From positions 8,322 through 72,321 of IMG/VR virus record IMGVR_UViG_3300022818_000051: DNA of 64,000 nucleotides, one strand, 5' to 3'. The translations under genes were made by a program, and so were the position numbers. Numbering within the stretch: the first letter of the stretch is position 1; the number at the start of each line of letters is the position of its first letter. The DNA is from a virus. Positions 38,801-46,968 of this stretch are shown piece by piece. The notes below the pieces were generated by a model. That model was not told where the DNA came from. It saw only the letters and a list, made by a program, of their open reading frames with translations, and ran no database searches.

Positions 38801-40884
38801 ACATTATTCGATAATCCAGCCCCAAAATCAATGCCAGCTTTTTTATATGAGTCTCCTAATGCTTTTTTAATAACAGAGCCTATATTTGTTTCCCCTCCTG
38901 CAAGTGCTTGCTTTATGTTTTCCAATATTCCACCAGCCGCACTTTCGGATAATTTTAATTTCTTTATATCTTGTAATGCTTTCAACGCCTTATCGTATCC
39001 GCCACTAATTTGGTCTGCAAATTTACCTTCTATCTTCTCAATCCCAGTGGTATAGGTTTTTGCACGTGCCTGCTCCATGATGGCGACAGTAACACCCTTA
39101 ATTGATGCAGCGATACTATCATATGATTGCGCAACCTTTAATTGTTCAGGTAAGAATGACCCATACCTGCGGTTTATTTCATCGACAGTATCGGCGTATT
39201 CCTGAGAACCCTGTTTTGCATTTTTCAACTTGGTCATCAGTCCATCCAGTGATGCCGCAGATACATCCGCACTTGCCTTAATTCTTGAAGCCGTTTCGCT
39301 AATCTCGGTATTCATTCGCTCAACTGCATTCCGATGAGAAACAATGGAATAAATTACTGCGGCGGCAGTCGTCAACGCTGTAATCCACCATGTAATAGGA
39401 TTGGCAAGCATGGATGCCCTTAAAAGATAGAAAGTTCTGGTAAGCCCATTATTGGCACGAGATGCAAGAATTGTGGCAGCGGCAGAAGAGCGCAAAGCGA
39501 TGGCTTCTCGCATGTGCCCAGCCGTAGACATGTTTACAGCACGGGCTTTTAACTGCTGGGCATTGGTTAATAATATCGTGGTTCTGGCAAAAAATGTTTC
39601 ATGAACAGCGGCAGCACGAATCACCACATTGTATGCGATAATAGCGGCAACCAAAGGTGATACAACCGCTGTCACTGTACGCCAATTTAGGGCAAGTTCA
39701 CGTGCGACCTTTGCGGCGGTCATAAGGACGCCCCGATTTGCACGCCCCATCTCGTCTTCCATTATTTGTATGGCGTCGGTTAAGTTCATCCACATACCAT
39801 AAAGTGTCTTGGCTTGCACTTCCTGCATATTAAAAAATGCACCGCCTGCCGAAGTCATATCCTCAAATACCTCTTTTACCATTGTGAATGGAACGGCACG
39901 TTGCGATATAAGTTTAAACACTTGCCCTGTGGTGACGAGTTCTCCGTTTAATGCGGTGAATTTATCCGCAAGTAGCTGAACCAGAGGTATCCCTGCTTCT
40001 GTAAATTGTCTGAGCTCTTGTCCGCGCAAAACCGAGGCCGCCTTAACCTGTCCATAAGCTAAAATTAACCTATCCATTCCGACACCTAATCCTGCCGAAA
40101 TATCGGCAAGCATATTCATGGTAGAATATAGTTCTTCTGTCGGTACTTTAAATGCGGCGAGTTGTTTCGTAAATGTCGCCATATCCATCACGGTGAACGG
40201 AGACTTTACGGCTTTGGCTTTTATTTCGTCAAATAGCCTGCTGGCACGTTCGGCATCCTGTATGATTGCGCCCAGTGCAACACGCTGAAGTTCATACTGC
40301 CCAGTAACGTCTCTAATATTTGTAACAAAACGTATTCCTCCCAGTATGGACAGGTATGAATTGACCATTTGCGGTAATCCATTTAATACACCCCTCTGTG
40401 CCTGATATGCCTTGTTCTGTGTATGGGTGGCGGCGATACCACGTGATTTGGCAGCGGTGAGTTGAAGTTCAGACCGAGTAGCAGCATTTGTGGCAGTAAT
40501 TAATCTTTGCTCTGATGCCTGTAACGCTTTTTCTGATGCGGTTTTTTGATTATTGGCAGTAGCACCCCTTGTTCTCTCATTGGTCAGCTTGGCCTCCGAT
40601 TCTGCTGCGATTTGTGCAGCTTTGGCATTGGCGATAACCATTCTTGAATCGTATGCCCCTGTTTTGGCGTTTTTTACCCCGCCTACCCCAAAACTTTGCA
40701 ACTGGGTAAGCGTGCTTTTTATGCTGTCTAACTGCGCCTTATTGATGTCAAGTTTGATATGGAATTTAGACCTATCAATAATAGTTTGTATATTCTTCTC
40801 CCATGTCTTATTCCAATCTTGCTGAAACTGCGGTATATCCAGTTTCAGTTCAAACTGCAAATTATCTTTCTGTTCGTCGCCCAT
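35806..40884 (-). CDS. Tape measure protein
   Basis: 1692 aa, Ala-rich; SPF...KQL.AF, LILAYGQVKAA..LRGQELRQFTEAGIP. Confidence 0.93.
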   Translation of the reverse strand: MGDEQKDNLQFELKLDIPQFQQDWNKTWEKNIQTIIDRSKFHIKLDINKAQLDSIKSTLTQLQSFGVGGVKNAKTGAYDSRMVIANAKAAQIAAESEAKLTNERTRGATANNQKTASEKALQASEQRLITATNAATRSELQLTAAKSRGIAATHTQNKAYQAQRGVLNGLPQMVNSYLSILGGIRFVTNIRDVTGQYELQRVALGAIIQDAERASRLFDEIKAKAVKSPFTVMDMATFTKQLAAFKVPTEELYSTMNMLADISAGLGVGMDRLILAYGQVKAASVLRGQELRQFTEAGIPLVQLLADKFTALNGELVTTGQVFKLISQRAVPFTMVKEVFEDMTSAGGAFFNMQEVQAKTLYGMWMNLTDAIQIMEDEMGRANRGVLMTAAKVARELALNWRTVTAVVSPLVAAIIAYNVVIRAAAVHETFFARTTILLTNAQQLKARAVNMSTAGHMREAIALRSSAAATILASRANNGLTRTFYLLRASMLANPITWWITALTTAAAVIYSIVSHRNAVERMNTEISETASRIKASADVSAASLDGLMTKLKNAKQGSQEYADTVDEINRRYGSFLPEQLKVAQSYDSIAASIKGVTVAIMEQARAKTYTTGIEKIEGKFADQISGGYDKALKALQDIKKLKLSESAAGGILENIKQALAGGETNIGSVIKKALGDSYKKAGIDFGAGLSNNVLRDISKGVKDMTAPSQSLAIATEALNEKVNTLYGSTKGYEKELKAINDEYTIQDKKLRETLSVEKYAIASKELSTQRLKDQLALYKQFNQMDLFHKTEIELQKLSGVAEDWVATVDKITEGKGTFTVGEEEDYFDYIKRLRSAYKSLREQEKDMAGAPTSEINNITAKISQLRALASGLGISISSKEDKSGLKAEQDALKDILDMYGNKIDLIERYTKVYEKMLALTGDEKKSAEMALTITGLNMSGKNIEDELRKQVKDIFAKLNLSYSPTISMESLRNEIGKLDPNGKEFKSAESALNKLSDYMTETEVSAGELEKKIAELSGEDFILTGTGADLDMSKITSAATKAYAKIADERKKMEIDAASLKQQKGDEWYNTQMQQIANIYDTKLANEEKLTKEEIDNLNWKEFQKLTKYAAAFEDMGRVGRGTLAALAGDLQRMIDSGENSAAMMMLFAAQLKKIKAIQEQENPFLALANGLQEYNEGLKEAADTGVNVDAFNAGLDKMKSGLDKIIDSVKNMDSQLQTIIQPIDDSIALVENLGKAFGVTFSDETQAAITAFKTGVSLMSDALKVVNSTMGAYKTITEAVNAAKAASVAASTVSVALLAAEATGEVAVGTAAAAATPGIVAMGAALWVALTPLLPYIAALAVIAGIIVAVVQSRNAEIEVERKRLLAAIAYNEQLRQEYEWTIKIGEAKLGYYKREGEELVKQKKANEEAQIAIWRTLIPGVANPTEEDIKNGYNQLAEASAEGRLSKGAEELFQTLKILHDEGIDIDNMILKWGEDMREAFTGTTYDSLVSSIVDGFKAGKRSAADFADTFEQLMKGAVQATFALMVDENMREWYVKFANFNKASAKLSPEERARQLAELRAEWLALNAKNAQDATDLENATGYSVLDTNTSLTGMSKSVAGMSEDAAKTFGAYLNSGLMQWVQQTNLQKGMSTTLTDLYGIQNQALTALNAIKSNTDQLVINTAESVNVMKSVLSGTGAKSMRVQLI

Positions 40885-40900
40885 AGCCGTATCGTATTAT

Positions 40901-41296
40901 TTATTGCCGTTTATCATTCTGTATTTTTTCCCTTATTCTGTCCGCTTTTTGTTCGTCCGTTTCTTCTGCTGCCGTTCCTATTCCAAATGCCGCCAATGCG
41001 CTTTTCAATTCTGCGCCTTGCATATATTCATGTTTCAGCCTGTTAGGATCAGGCGGTATTGTGTTCTTTTTTCTTAACCCTGACTTGTCGCACAGCATCA
41101 CCGTTTGTTTTATTACAGAATCCACCCATCCGTACTTGTATTCCGTATATGGCGTTACCTGACCATACAGTGCTATTATTATGTCTTGTCTTGCTCCAAT
41201 TTTAGTTCTGCTACTATACTGGCGGAACTCTGAGTTTTTATCTTCGTTATCATCCTGCTGTTCTGCTCGAGGCAAAGCATATTTTTCAAAAAAAAA
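40901..41296 (-). CDS. Tail assembly chaperone C-terminal extension (gpT-like), probably reached by -1 frameshift
   Basis: Open -1 frame overlapping the upstream chaperone and ending just before the tape measure gene. Confidence 0.6.
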   Translation of the reverse strand, partial: FFFEKYALPRAEQQDDNEDKNSEFRQYSSRTKIGARQDIIIALYGQVTPYTEYKYGWVDSVIKQTVMLCDKSGLRKKNTIPPDPNRLKHEYMQGAELKSALAAFGIGTAAEETDEQKADRIREKIQNDKRQ

Positions 41297-41646
41297 CTTG
41301 CGTCCCACCGCTGCATACAGGCGTCCATCATCACCCCAATTTCCTGCTGGTTGTATTTTCTGTATAGATGTCTCCAATGTATCTGATGAAGCAGTGTTAC
41401 ACGAAAAAATCCATGCAGAACCATAAGCGATACGCATTTGCAGGCAAGACTTCTATTGGTCGAGAAATCGAATTTCACCCCACCGTCGGTTTTTTCAACA
41501 TACGCTTTCGCTGCGTATCTGTCAAATCTATCCGCAACCTCGCTACCCATTGCACGTATCTTGAATTTCTTGTTTCTTATGACGATTGTCACAGGTGTAT
41601 TCTGGTCTAATTCGTCAAGAATAATATTGTCTTTTGTTGTTATCAT
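41179..41646 (-). CDS. Tail assembly chaperone (gpG-like)
   Basis: Canonical position between major tail and tape measure genes. Confidence 0.7.
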   Translation of the reverse strand: MITTKDNIILDELDQNTPVTIVIRNKKFKIRAMGSEVADRFDRYAAKAYVEKTDGGVKFDFSTNRSLACKCVSLMVLHGFFRVTLLHQIHWRHLYRKYNQQEIGVMMDACMQRWDASFFLKNMLCLEQNSRMITKIKTQSSASIVAELKLEQDKT

Positions 41647-41673
41647 TTGGTGGTTTTATTGGTTTAAAGAAAA

Positions 41674-41705
41674 AAGGGGAAGGCGAATTTATCACCCACC
41701 CCTTT
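41674..41705 (-). terminator. Terminator-like hairpin after the major tail gene
   Basis: Minus strand AAAGGGGTGGGTGATAAATTCGCCTTCCCTTTTTT. Confidence 0.5.
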
Positions 41706-41727
41706 AGATATTGCACACAAGTATCAA

Positions 41728-42327
41728 TTATGCAGTGTAAACCGCAGTTGCATTGTTGGAAACTATGAATGTATTTATGTTTGCAGTTTTTGGTATTTTC
41801 TGCGCAATAAATGACAACTTCACTCCAATTCCGCTATCCTGATCTACAGGAGTAGCAACACAAAGAGCCCTCGGGAATGTAACGGCCATATTCTTCTCCC
41901 TGTTCAACCATGATACAGGCAAGAATAACGTGTTTATTGCATCACCAAAGCCCACATGGGTCGCACCTGAATTCTGCCACGTAGTGCCAGCAAGGGATGC
42001 GTCAGTAATAGCTGTGCCTTTTAGGAACTTAGTGGTGATAGCGGGATTCAACCCCATAACCACACATTCAAAAGAATACGTTCCGTCTTCGGAATAGCTG
42101 TACACGACCGAGCCTTGTTCATTTTTCAAGGATTCGGTTGTCGGGGCATCCCCCGTGTATTTTACAGTTCCATTATACAGATTTCCAAGCGACATTCCAT
42201 TCAGGAGTGTGCTCAGCTTAAGCCCCGCATACGAGGCATCAGGCACATTGTCAAAGACAACTACGTCTCCAACTCCGTTGAAAATACCCCCAAGGGAGGT
42301 ATCAAGAACACCAATAGTATTTGCCAT
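41728..42327 (-). CDS. Major tail (tube) protein
   Basis: 199 aa beta-rich protein upstream of the chaperones, followed by a terminator. Confidence 0.75.
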   Translation of the reverse strand: MANTIGVLDTSLGGIFNGVGDVVVFDNVPDASYAGLKLSTLLNGMSLGNLYNGTVKYTGDAPTTESLKNEQGSVVYSYSEDGTYSFECVVMGLNPAITTKFLKGTAITDASLAGTTWQNSGATHVGFGDAINTLFLPVSWLNREKNMAVTFPRALCVATPVDQDSGIGVKLSFIAQKIPKTANINTFIVSNNATAVYTA

Positions 42328-42338
42328 ATTTGTTAAGT

Positions 42339-42746
42339 TTAATAATTAATTTTTGTTAGAACATTAATGATTTTTGTGGAATAACCCTCCTGTATACTCT
42401 TGTTGTCATATACAAAAGGATATGGCGCAAGATGATAGGAAAATCTTCCAGATATTAGGGGCGTATTGAACAGGGTTTGAAACAATCCCAGTATATAGGA
42501 TTCCTTGACCGCATTCGTTGCGCCGTTGATTAGCTTTACATATAATTCCACCATTAGCGTACACTCACCATTGCCACGTTTGCTTGCCGTAGTCCAGATA
42601 CCACCGTTGCCCCTGATAACAATGAATTCATTTGGCAGTCCTGCGCTCGGCAGTGTGCCGTTGACGTATATGCCAATTGATGAATCCCTTGCTTGTATAA
42701 GGGTTTTAAGAGGTGTTGCTGGGTCTATGTTAAGCTCTATTGCCAT
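42339..42746 (-). CDS. Tail terminator-like protein
   Basis: Position and size in a siphovirus neck cluster. Confidence 0.55.
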   Translation of the reverse strand: MAIELNIDPATPLKTLIQARDSSIGIYVNGTLPSAGLPNEFIVIRGNGGIWTTASKRGNGECTLMVELYVKLINGATNAVKESYILGLFQTLFNTPLISGRFSYHLAPYPFVYDNKSIQEGYSTKIINVLTKINY

Positions 42747-43272
42747 AATGATATGTATTTACTGGTAATCTGTGTTTTGCACACTCGTTTGTGAACGCCT
42801 TTCTGACTTCAGGTATCAATCCTTCGCTCCACCAACCTCTTCCCCGCTTGTCTGTGCCACCGTCTCCGAGGCTTCTGTCTACCCATAATCCATATGGAAG
42901 CGCACAGAAAACAATCATAGAATATCCACCAATGACTGTTCCCGCTGCGGCACTAATAGCTTTTTCAAGTTCAGCACGCCCATTTACGGGATAACTTATG
43001 CCATGATAAATATAGGTTTTAGGAAGTGCGTTCTCTGCTGCGGGATTGTCTATCCATTGCACCAAGACACCATTTTCATAAATGCCTATACCGATACTGT
43101 TGCTAAGGTTGTTAGTTTCGTTATGGAAATACCCCGGAGCAGCAATAAATTCAAACACGCTCCGTGCCACCACCGTAAAAATCTCGACCGCCACGCTGCT
43201 TCCTGAGCCACCTGTTCGGCCACCCAGTCTGCGTTGCAGCACGCCTTGATTATGTGCGGTATATACGCCCAT
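42730..43272 (-). CDS. Neck protein (HK97 gp10-like)
   Basis: N.T.NL.NSIG...Y.NG and ALPYG.WV. Confidence 0.6.
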   Translation of the reverse strand: MGVYTAHNQGVLQRRLGGRTGGSGSSVAVEIFTVVARSVFEFIAAPGYFHNETNNLSNSIGIGIYENGVLVQWIDNPAAENALPKTYIYHGISYPVNGRAELEKAISAAAGTVIGGYSMIVFCALPYGLWVDRSLGDGGTDKRGRGWWSEGLIPEVRKAFTNECAKHRLPVNTYHYGNRA

Positions 43273-43617
43273 TTAAGTATCCACCCCTTTCGTCAGATAG
43301 ATGGTTATGCCCTCCATGCCCGGCCAAGAGCAGGGGTCGAAATCCTCGATCAATGCCCGTGTTATGCGGCCATTTTCGGACACTACATCCACGTTGTCGT
43401 TTTTCCGCAGTACCACCGTACATGTTGGAATTATCACCTTATATTCTGCCATAAGCTGGACACCACGCAGCGCAGTGTTTCCGCTGCTGCCGATATTCAG
43501 CCCACATATCCCTGAGTAGACGGACGTAGACACATCTTCACCTGTACTTGGATTCACCGATGTTACTCGGTATATCGTACAAGTATGCGGGTAGAAGAAT
43601 GCGTCTTGGTCAGTCAT
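43273..43617 (-). CDS. Head closure / head-tail joining protein
   Basis: YPHTCTIYR...GE....VYSG.C. Confidence 0.65.
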   Translation of the reverse strand: MTDQDAFFYPHTCTIYRVTSVNPSTGEDVSTSVYSGICGLNIGSSGNTALRGVQLMAEYKVIIPTCTVVLRKNDNVDVVSENGRITRALIEDFDPCSWPGMEGITIYLTKGVDT

Positions 43618-43623
43618 ATTCGG

Positions 43624-43983
43624 TTATTGCCAGTAAGGTGTTGCATCATATATTGCATTAATCTCTATATCCACTATGCCCCATTTGGCACGAAGGCGGG
43701 CTGCGATGGCTGACCATCTTACCTTATCGCCATCCGTTGCGGATATGGAACTTTCGGATATGCTGCGGTTGTCAATCTTCAGGGTGCTTCCGCCTCCCGA
43801 AGTGTATCCCGTAGCAGCATCGTACATCATGGCTTCCATTAGGTCACGAGTTTCCTCTGTGACCGAAAATGCCAATACACCAGTAGATACATCGTAATAC
43901 CCCAGCGCACGGTCGACCACTCTCGTAGGTAGCGTTTGGTTAGGGATTACCTGTAAATATTCGTCAATTGTCAGTGCTGCCAT
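43624..43983 (-). CDS. Head-tail adaptor
   Basis: Directly follows the capsid gene; helical, 119 aa. Confidence 0.55.
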   Translation of the reverse strand: MAALTIDEYLQVIPNQTLPTRVVDRALGYYDVSTGVLAFSVTEETRDLMEAMMYDAATGYTSGGGSTLKIDNRSISESSISATDGDKVRWSAIAARLRAKWGIVDIEINAIYDATPYWQ

Positions 43984-43995
43984 GATGATATAGAA

Positions 43996-45150
43996 TTATA
44001 CAACTACCAGTCTATAGAAATACTTAGGCTTATTGATGACAGGCAATACGGCTTGGTCAGTATTGAAGTACTGAACATTGGTATTGATGTCAGAATATAC
44101 CCGCATAACCAGAGAACCGTTGAAGTATCTTGCGATAGTTCCAGAAGCAGGAAGAATAGGCAACACGTGCTTGATGGTTCCAGCATTTCCAGAAGGACGG
44201 AAGATAAGACGGTCAGCAGCGAAGGAGCGTATCTGTGTTTTCACAGGAGCCATCGTTGTTTTGCTCCATGTTTCTACAGCGGCGATGTGGTTGATAGGCT
44301 TGATGGTCGCCTTGATAATACGACCTAAAGCAGCCTGACGTGCATCAATATCCATATTCGTACCAACGGCAAGCGCACCTGCATCGGTTTGAATAGTGAT
44401 TGAAGCATTGTATCCAACCTTTGTTATAACCTTTGAATGTCCAAGGACGTCTTCCAGTGTCAAAGAATCAACTTCTACGGTTACATCATTGACGCCAATA
44501 TTATTCAACTGGCGAACTTTAGCCTGCATATCCGCAACAGGGTCAGATGTTGAACCTTCTGTGGTATGGGCTGCCGATGTCCACCATGCGGCGGTAGATG
44601 TCTTGGTAGTAGTATTAGCCACGGGTATCTGTGCTGAGAATGTGATATTCTGCAATCCACCGGGGTTGTTAGCTGCGGAGGTAGTCAGTTGCCCTAATGA
44701 CATCATTTGATTTCTGAAATAGGATATACTATTCACATGTGCGCCCAGCATTGATTCCGCCTTGTCGTAAAGTTGCGAAATGGCAACAGCGGCAGTAGAA
44801 TTGGCTTGCATCATGGAAATAGCCATAAGGTCACGCACTTCCTTGGCATCGCGGGTAAACACCTTGCTCAGTGTCGGAATTGTACCTGACAGTAAATCGA
44901 ATCCTTCAGTAGAGCTTTCCTTGGCTTTAGAATCAGGATTAACAATAGTCGCCATACATGTAACCTTCAGTTCTTTTTGAAAGTCCTGATATGTATAGTT
45001 CATCATCGGGGCAACGTCAAAAGTGAAGTCATCCCATGATTTCACGTTATACTTATTGGCGAAATAGCCATCAATAAACGCTTGGAAGTTTCCTCCCGAA
45101 CCAAGAGCTGCTACCAGCAGGTCATGGTAATTTAGTCCAGTTTGGTGCAT
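43996..45150 (-). CDS. Major capsid protein (lambda gpE-like, HK97 fold)
   Basis: 384 aa; A.IV..DS, G.IP, W......SDP.AD motifs; followed by neck genes. Confidence 0.8.
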   Translation of the reverse strand: MHQTGLNYHDLLVAALGSGGNFQAFIDGYFANKYNVKSWDDFTFDVAPMMNYTYQDFQKELKVTCMATIVNPDSKAKESSTEGFDLLSGTIPTLSKVFTRDAKEVRDLMAISMMQANSTAAVAISQLYDKAESMLGAHVNSISYFRNQMMSLGQLTTSAANNPGGLQNITFSAQIPVANTTTKTSTAAWWTSAAHTTEGSTSDPVADMQAKVRQLNNIGVNDVTVEVDSLTLEDVLGHSKVITKVGYNASITIQTDAGALAVGTNMDIDARQAALGRIIKATIKPINHIAAVETWSKTTMAPVKTQIRSFAADRLIFRPSGNAGTIKHVLPILPASGTIARYFNGSLVMRVYSDINTNVQYFNTDQAVLPVINKPKYFYRLVVV

Positions 45151-45153
45151 AGT

Positions 45154-45813
45154 TTATTCCCCCGTAAATTTAATCATTGGTAATGCGAGTTTGAAAGCTT
45201 CAGGGATAGGAGGAATCCTATCAACACGGATTTCGCCGTGAAAGATGGAAGCACCGGTAGCGGAAGTCGCTCCTGCGCCAATATACACGTCTCTACGAAG
45301 CAATCCTGTAGGAACAAGTTTGACAGTTTTACCTGTGCTTGTGCCATTGGCCTCAACGAAGATGTCGCCAGCAGTGGCTGCACCCCATGTACCCGCACTT
45401 ACGGATACATCATAGAATCCAGTGGATACGTTCAATGCAACGTCAGCGGGAACAGTATAAGCTGTACCTGTAGCTGCAACAGTGGCGGGTGCTTTGATAA
45501 GATAAACACCTGCGATGAGCGGCAGTGCTGAACCGAGAGCCTTAAAGCTGAGGGTAGTAGCAGATACGTCCCATGTGGTAGCAACTTCATAAGTCTTGAG
45601 TATTGTCAGGTCTCCACCCGGTGCGGAAAGGTTTACTGGTGTGCCGCATGGAATAGTCGTGCCAGCAGGATATTCTGTGGCAAAACTGGACACTACCTTA
45701 AACTTACCACCAGCTTCCTCGGTTCCATCATTGTCGATATGCTTCCAAATTGGAATAGTACCGCCATATGATTTCGTCTCAGAACCATAAACACCATAGT
45801 TATCTATGTTCAT
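45154..45813 (-). CDS. Head decoration protein
   Basis: IP.GTPV...PTGLL..DV...DRIP.IP..FK..LP.I.F; immediately upstream of capsid. Confidence 0.7.
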   Translation of the reverse strand: MNIDNYGVYGSETKSYGGTIPIWKHIDNDGTEEAGGKFKVVSSFATEYPAGTTIPCGTPVNLSAPGGDLTILKTYEVATTWDVSATTLSFKALGSALPLIAGVYLIKAPATVAATGTAYTVPADVALNVSTGFYDVSVSAGTWGAATAGDIFVEANGTSTGKTVKLVPTGLLRRDVYIGAGATSATGASIFHGEIRVDRIPPIPEAFKLALPMIKFTGE

Positions 45814-45849
45814 TGGTTTTGTTTGTTAAGTTAATAATTAATAAAAAAA

Positions 45850-46536
45850 TCATTCATTGATAACACCGTCAGCAACTAATTTAGCTTTTTGGGCTGCATA
45901 GAATTCGACGCTGCCTTCCCTTGCCCCACCTGCGCCTCCACCGTCAGCAGGAACATATGCACCTTCTGCACCAAATGCGGAAAGTAAATCATTGTATTCC
46001 TTGTCATACTCGACTGCCAATACATCGGCTGTCATGTCTGCGGTGATACGTGAATTCACTAACCCCCTTGCCTTATCCTGTACCGACTTCCATTTCGGGT
46101 CGGGTTTCTTTGCGGAGAATAAATTCTCGGCAGTTTGGATAAGTTGTTCGGTGCGGGTCTTGGTTTCGATGCCTGTAATCTTTTGGATAACGGGGTTAAG
46201 CATATCCTCCATCATTTTCTTCATATCAGCCAATGGGTCGGGATTTCCAACTATCGGCGTGAATGGAGTAGGGGGTGTAGGAACGATGGGCTGCGGGTGA
46301 GCGGTTTCCCATTCCTTTACGAAATCCGAAGTATCCTTGATATGATTTCCATTCATGGAATCAAGCGTTTTAAATGCCGAAGCAGTAAAAGCAGCAAGTT
46401 CGGTTTCTTCAGTTGCGAATGGCATTAGGTTTTCCAATGTATCGCTGATGGTTCTGTCACTCAGTTTAAGGGTTTTTCCCTTTTTTGTAAATTGTGCCTT
46501 CAGGTCTTGAAGGACTTCTTGTGATGTGAATTTCAT
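45850..46536 (-). CDS. Capsid scaffolding protein
   Basis: LSDRTI motif, Pro-rich linker, helical C-terminus; first head gene. Confidence 0.65.
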   Translation of the reverse strand: MKFTSQEVLQDLKAQFTKKGKTLKLSDRTISDTLENLMPFATEETELAAFTASAFKTLDSMNGNHIKDTSDFVKEWETAHPQPIVPTPPTPFTPIVGNPDPLADMKKMMEDMLNPVIQKITGIETKTRTEQLIQTAENLFSAKKPDPKWKSVQDKARGLVNSRITADMTADVLAVEYDKEYNDLLSAFGAEGAYVPADGGGAGGAREGSVEFYAAQKAKLVADGVINE

Positions 46537-46557
46537 AGGTTTTATGAGTTTTGGTTA

Positions 46558-46608
46558 AAAAAAATAAGCCCAAACTACAGGCGTGTTTCGCTTGTTGTCT
46601 GGACTCGA
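46558..46608 (-). terminator. Long hairpin plus U-tract in the head-operon leader (attenuator-like)
   Basis: GAGTCCAGACAACAAGCG-aaaca-CGCCTGTAGTTTGGGCTT-ATTTTTTTT. Confidence 0.5.
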
Positions 46609-46685
46609 AGGTCTCTGTGGCCTTATGGCCGTATATGTTGAAAATGACCATGCAGCAGTTCTTGTGGTATGCTACACGGTACTGT

Positions 46686-46862
46686 TTATTCTATATCACT
46701 TGCCTTTATCATGACTAAATTCATTTCTCCACAATGCCTGCAATACATTGATAACACAACCGTACCTGTTGCGGAAATAACACATACTGGCAATTTCTTG
46801 CCACATTTGCATATTTCCTGACCTTTTGCGGTACGTTTTAGAATATCGTCTGTACGCTCCAT
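46686..46862 (-). CDS. 58-aa Com-like zinc-ribbon protein, not in the ORF track
   Basis: Hand translation MERTDD...ICKCGKKL...YCRHCGEMN..; follows the promoter at 46899. Confidence 0.65.
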   Translation of the reverse strand: MERTDDILKRTAKGQEICKCGKKLPVCVISATGTVVLSMYCRHCGEMNLVMIKASDIE

Positions 46863-46898
46863 TTTACAATATTAGTGTCCTACATAACTATTCGACCC

Positions 46899-46945
46899 CA
46901 AAGATAAGCATTATTTTATTATCTACCAAATATTTCGTATCTTTG
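46899..46945. promoter_or_regulatory. Divergent pair of TATCTTTG promoter boxes (head operon on -, terminase on +)
   Basis: CAAAGATA at 46899-46906 and TATCTTTG at 46938-46945. Confidence 0.7.
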
Positions 46946-46968
46946 TCGTCAACTTCTATTTTACTTCT

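Noticed and set aside
29439-46536. Many plus-strand ORFs opposite the structural genes
   Set aside because: Antisense shadow frames with no motifs, fully overlapping well-supported genes
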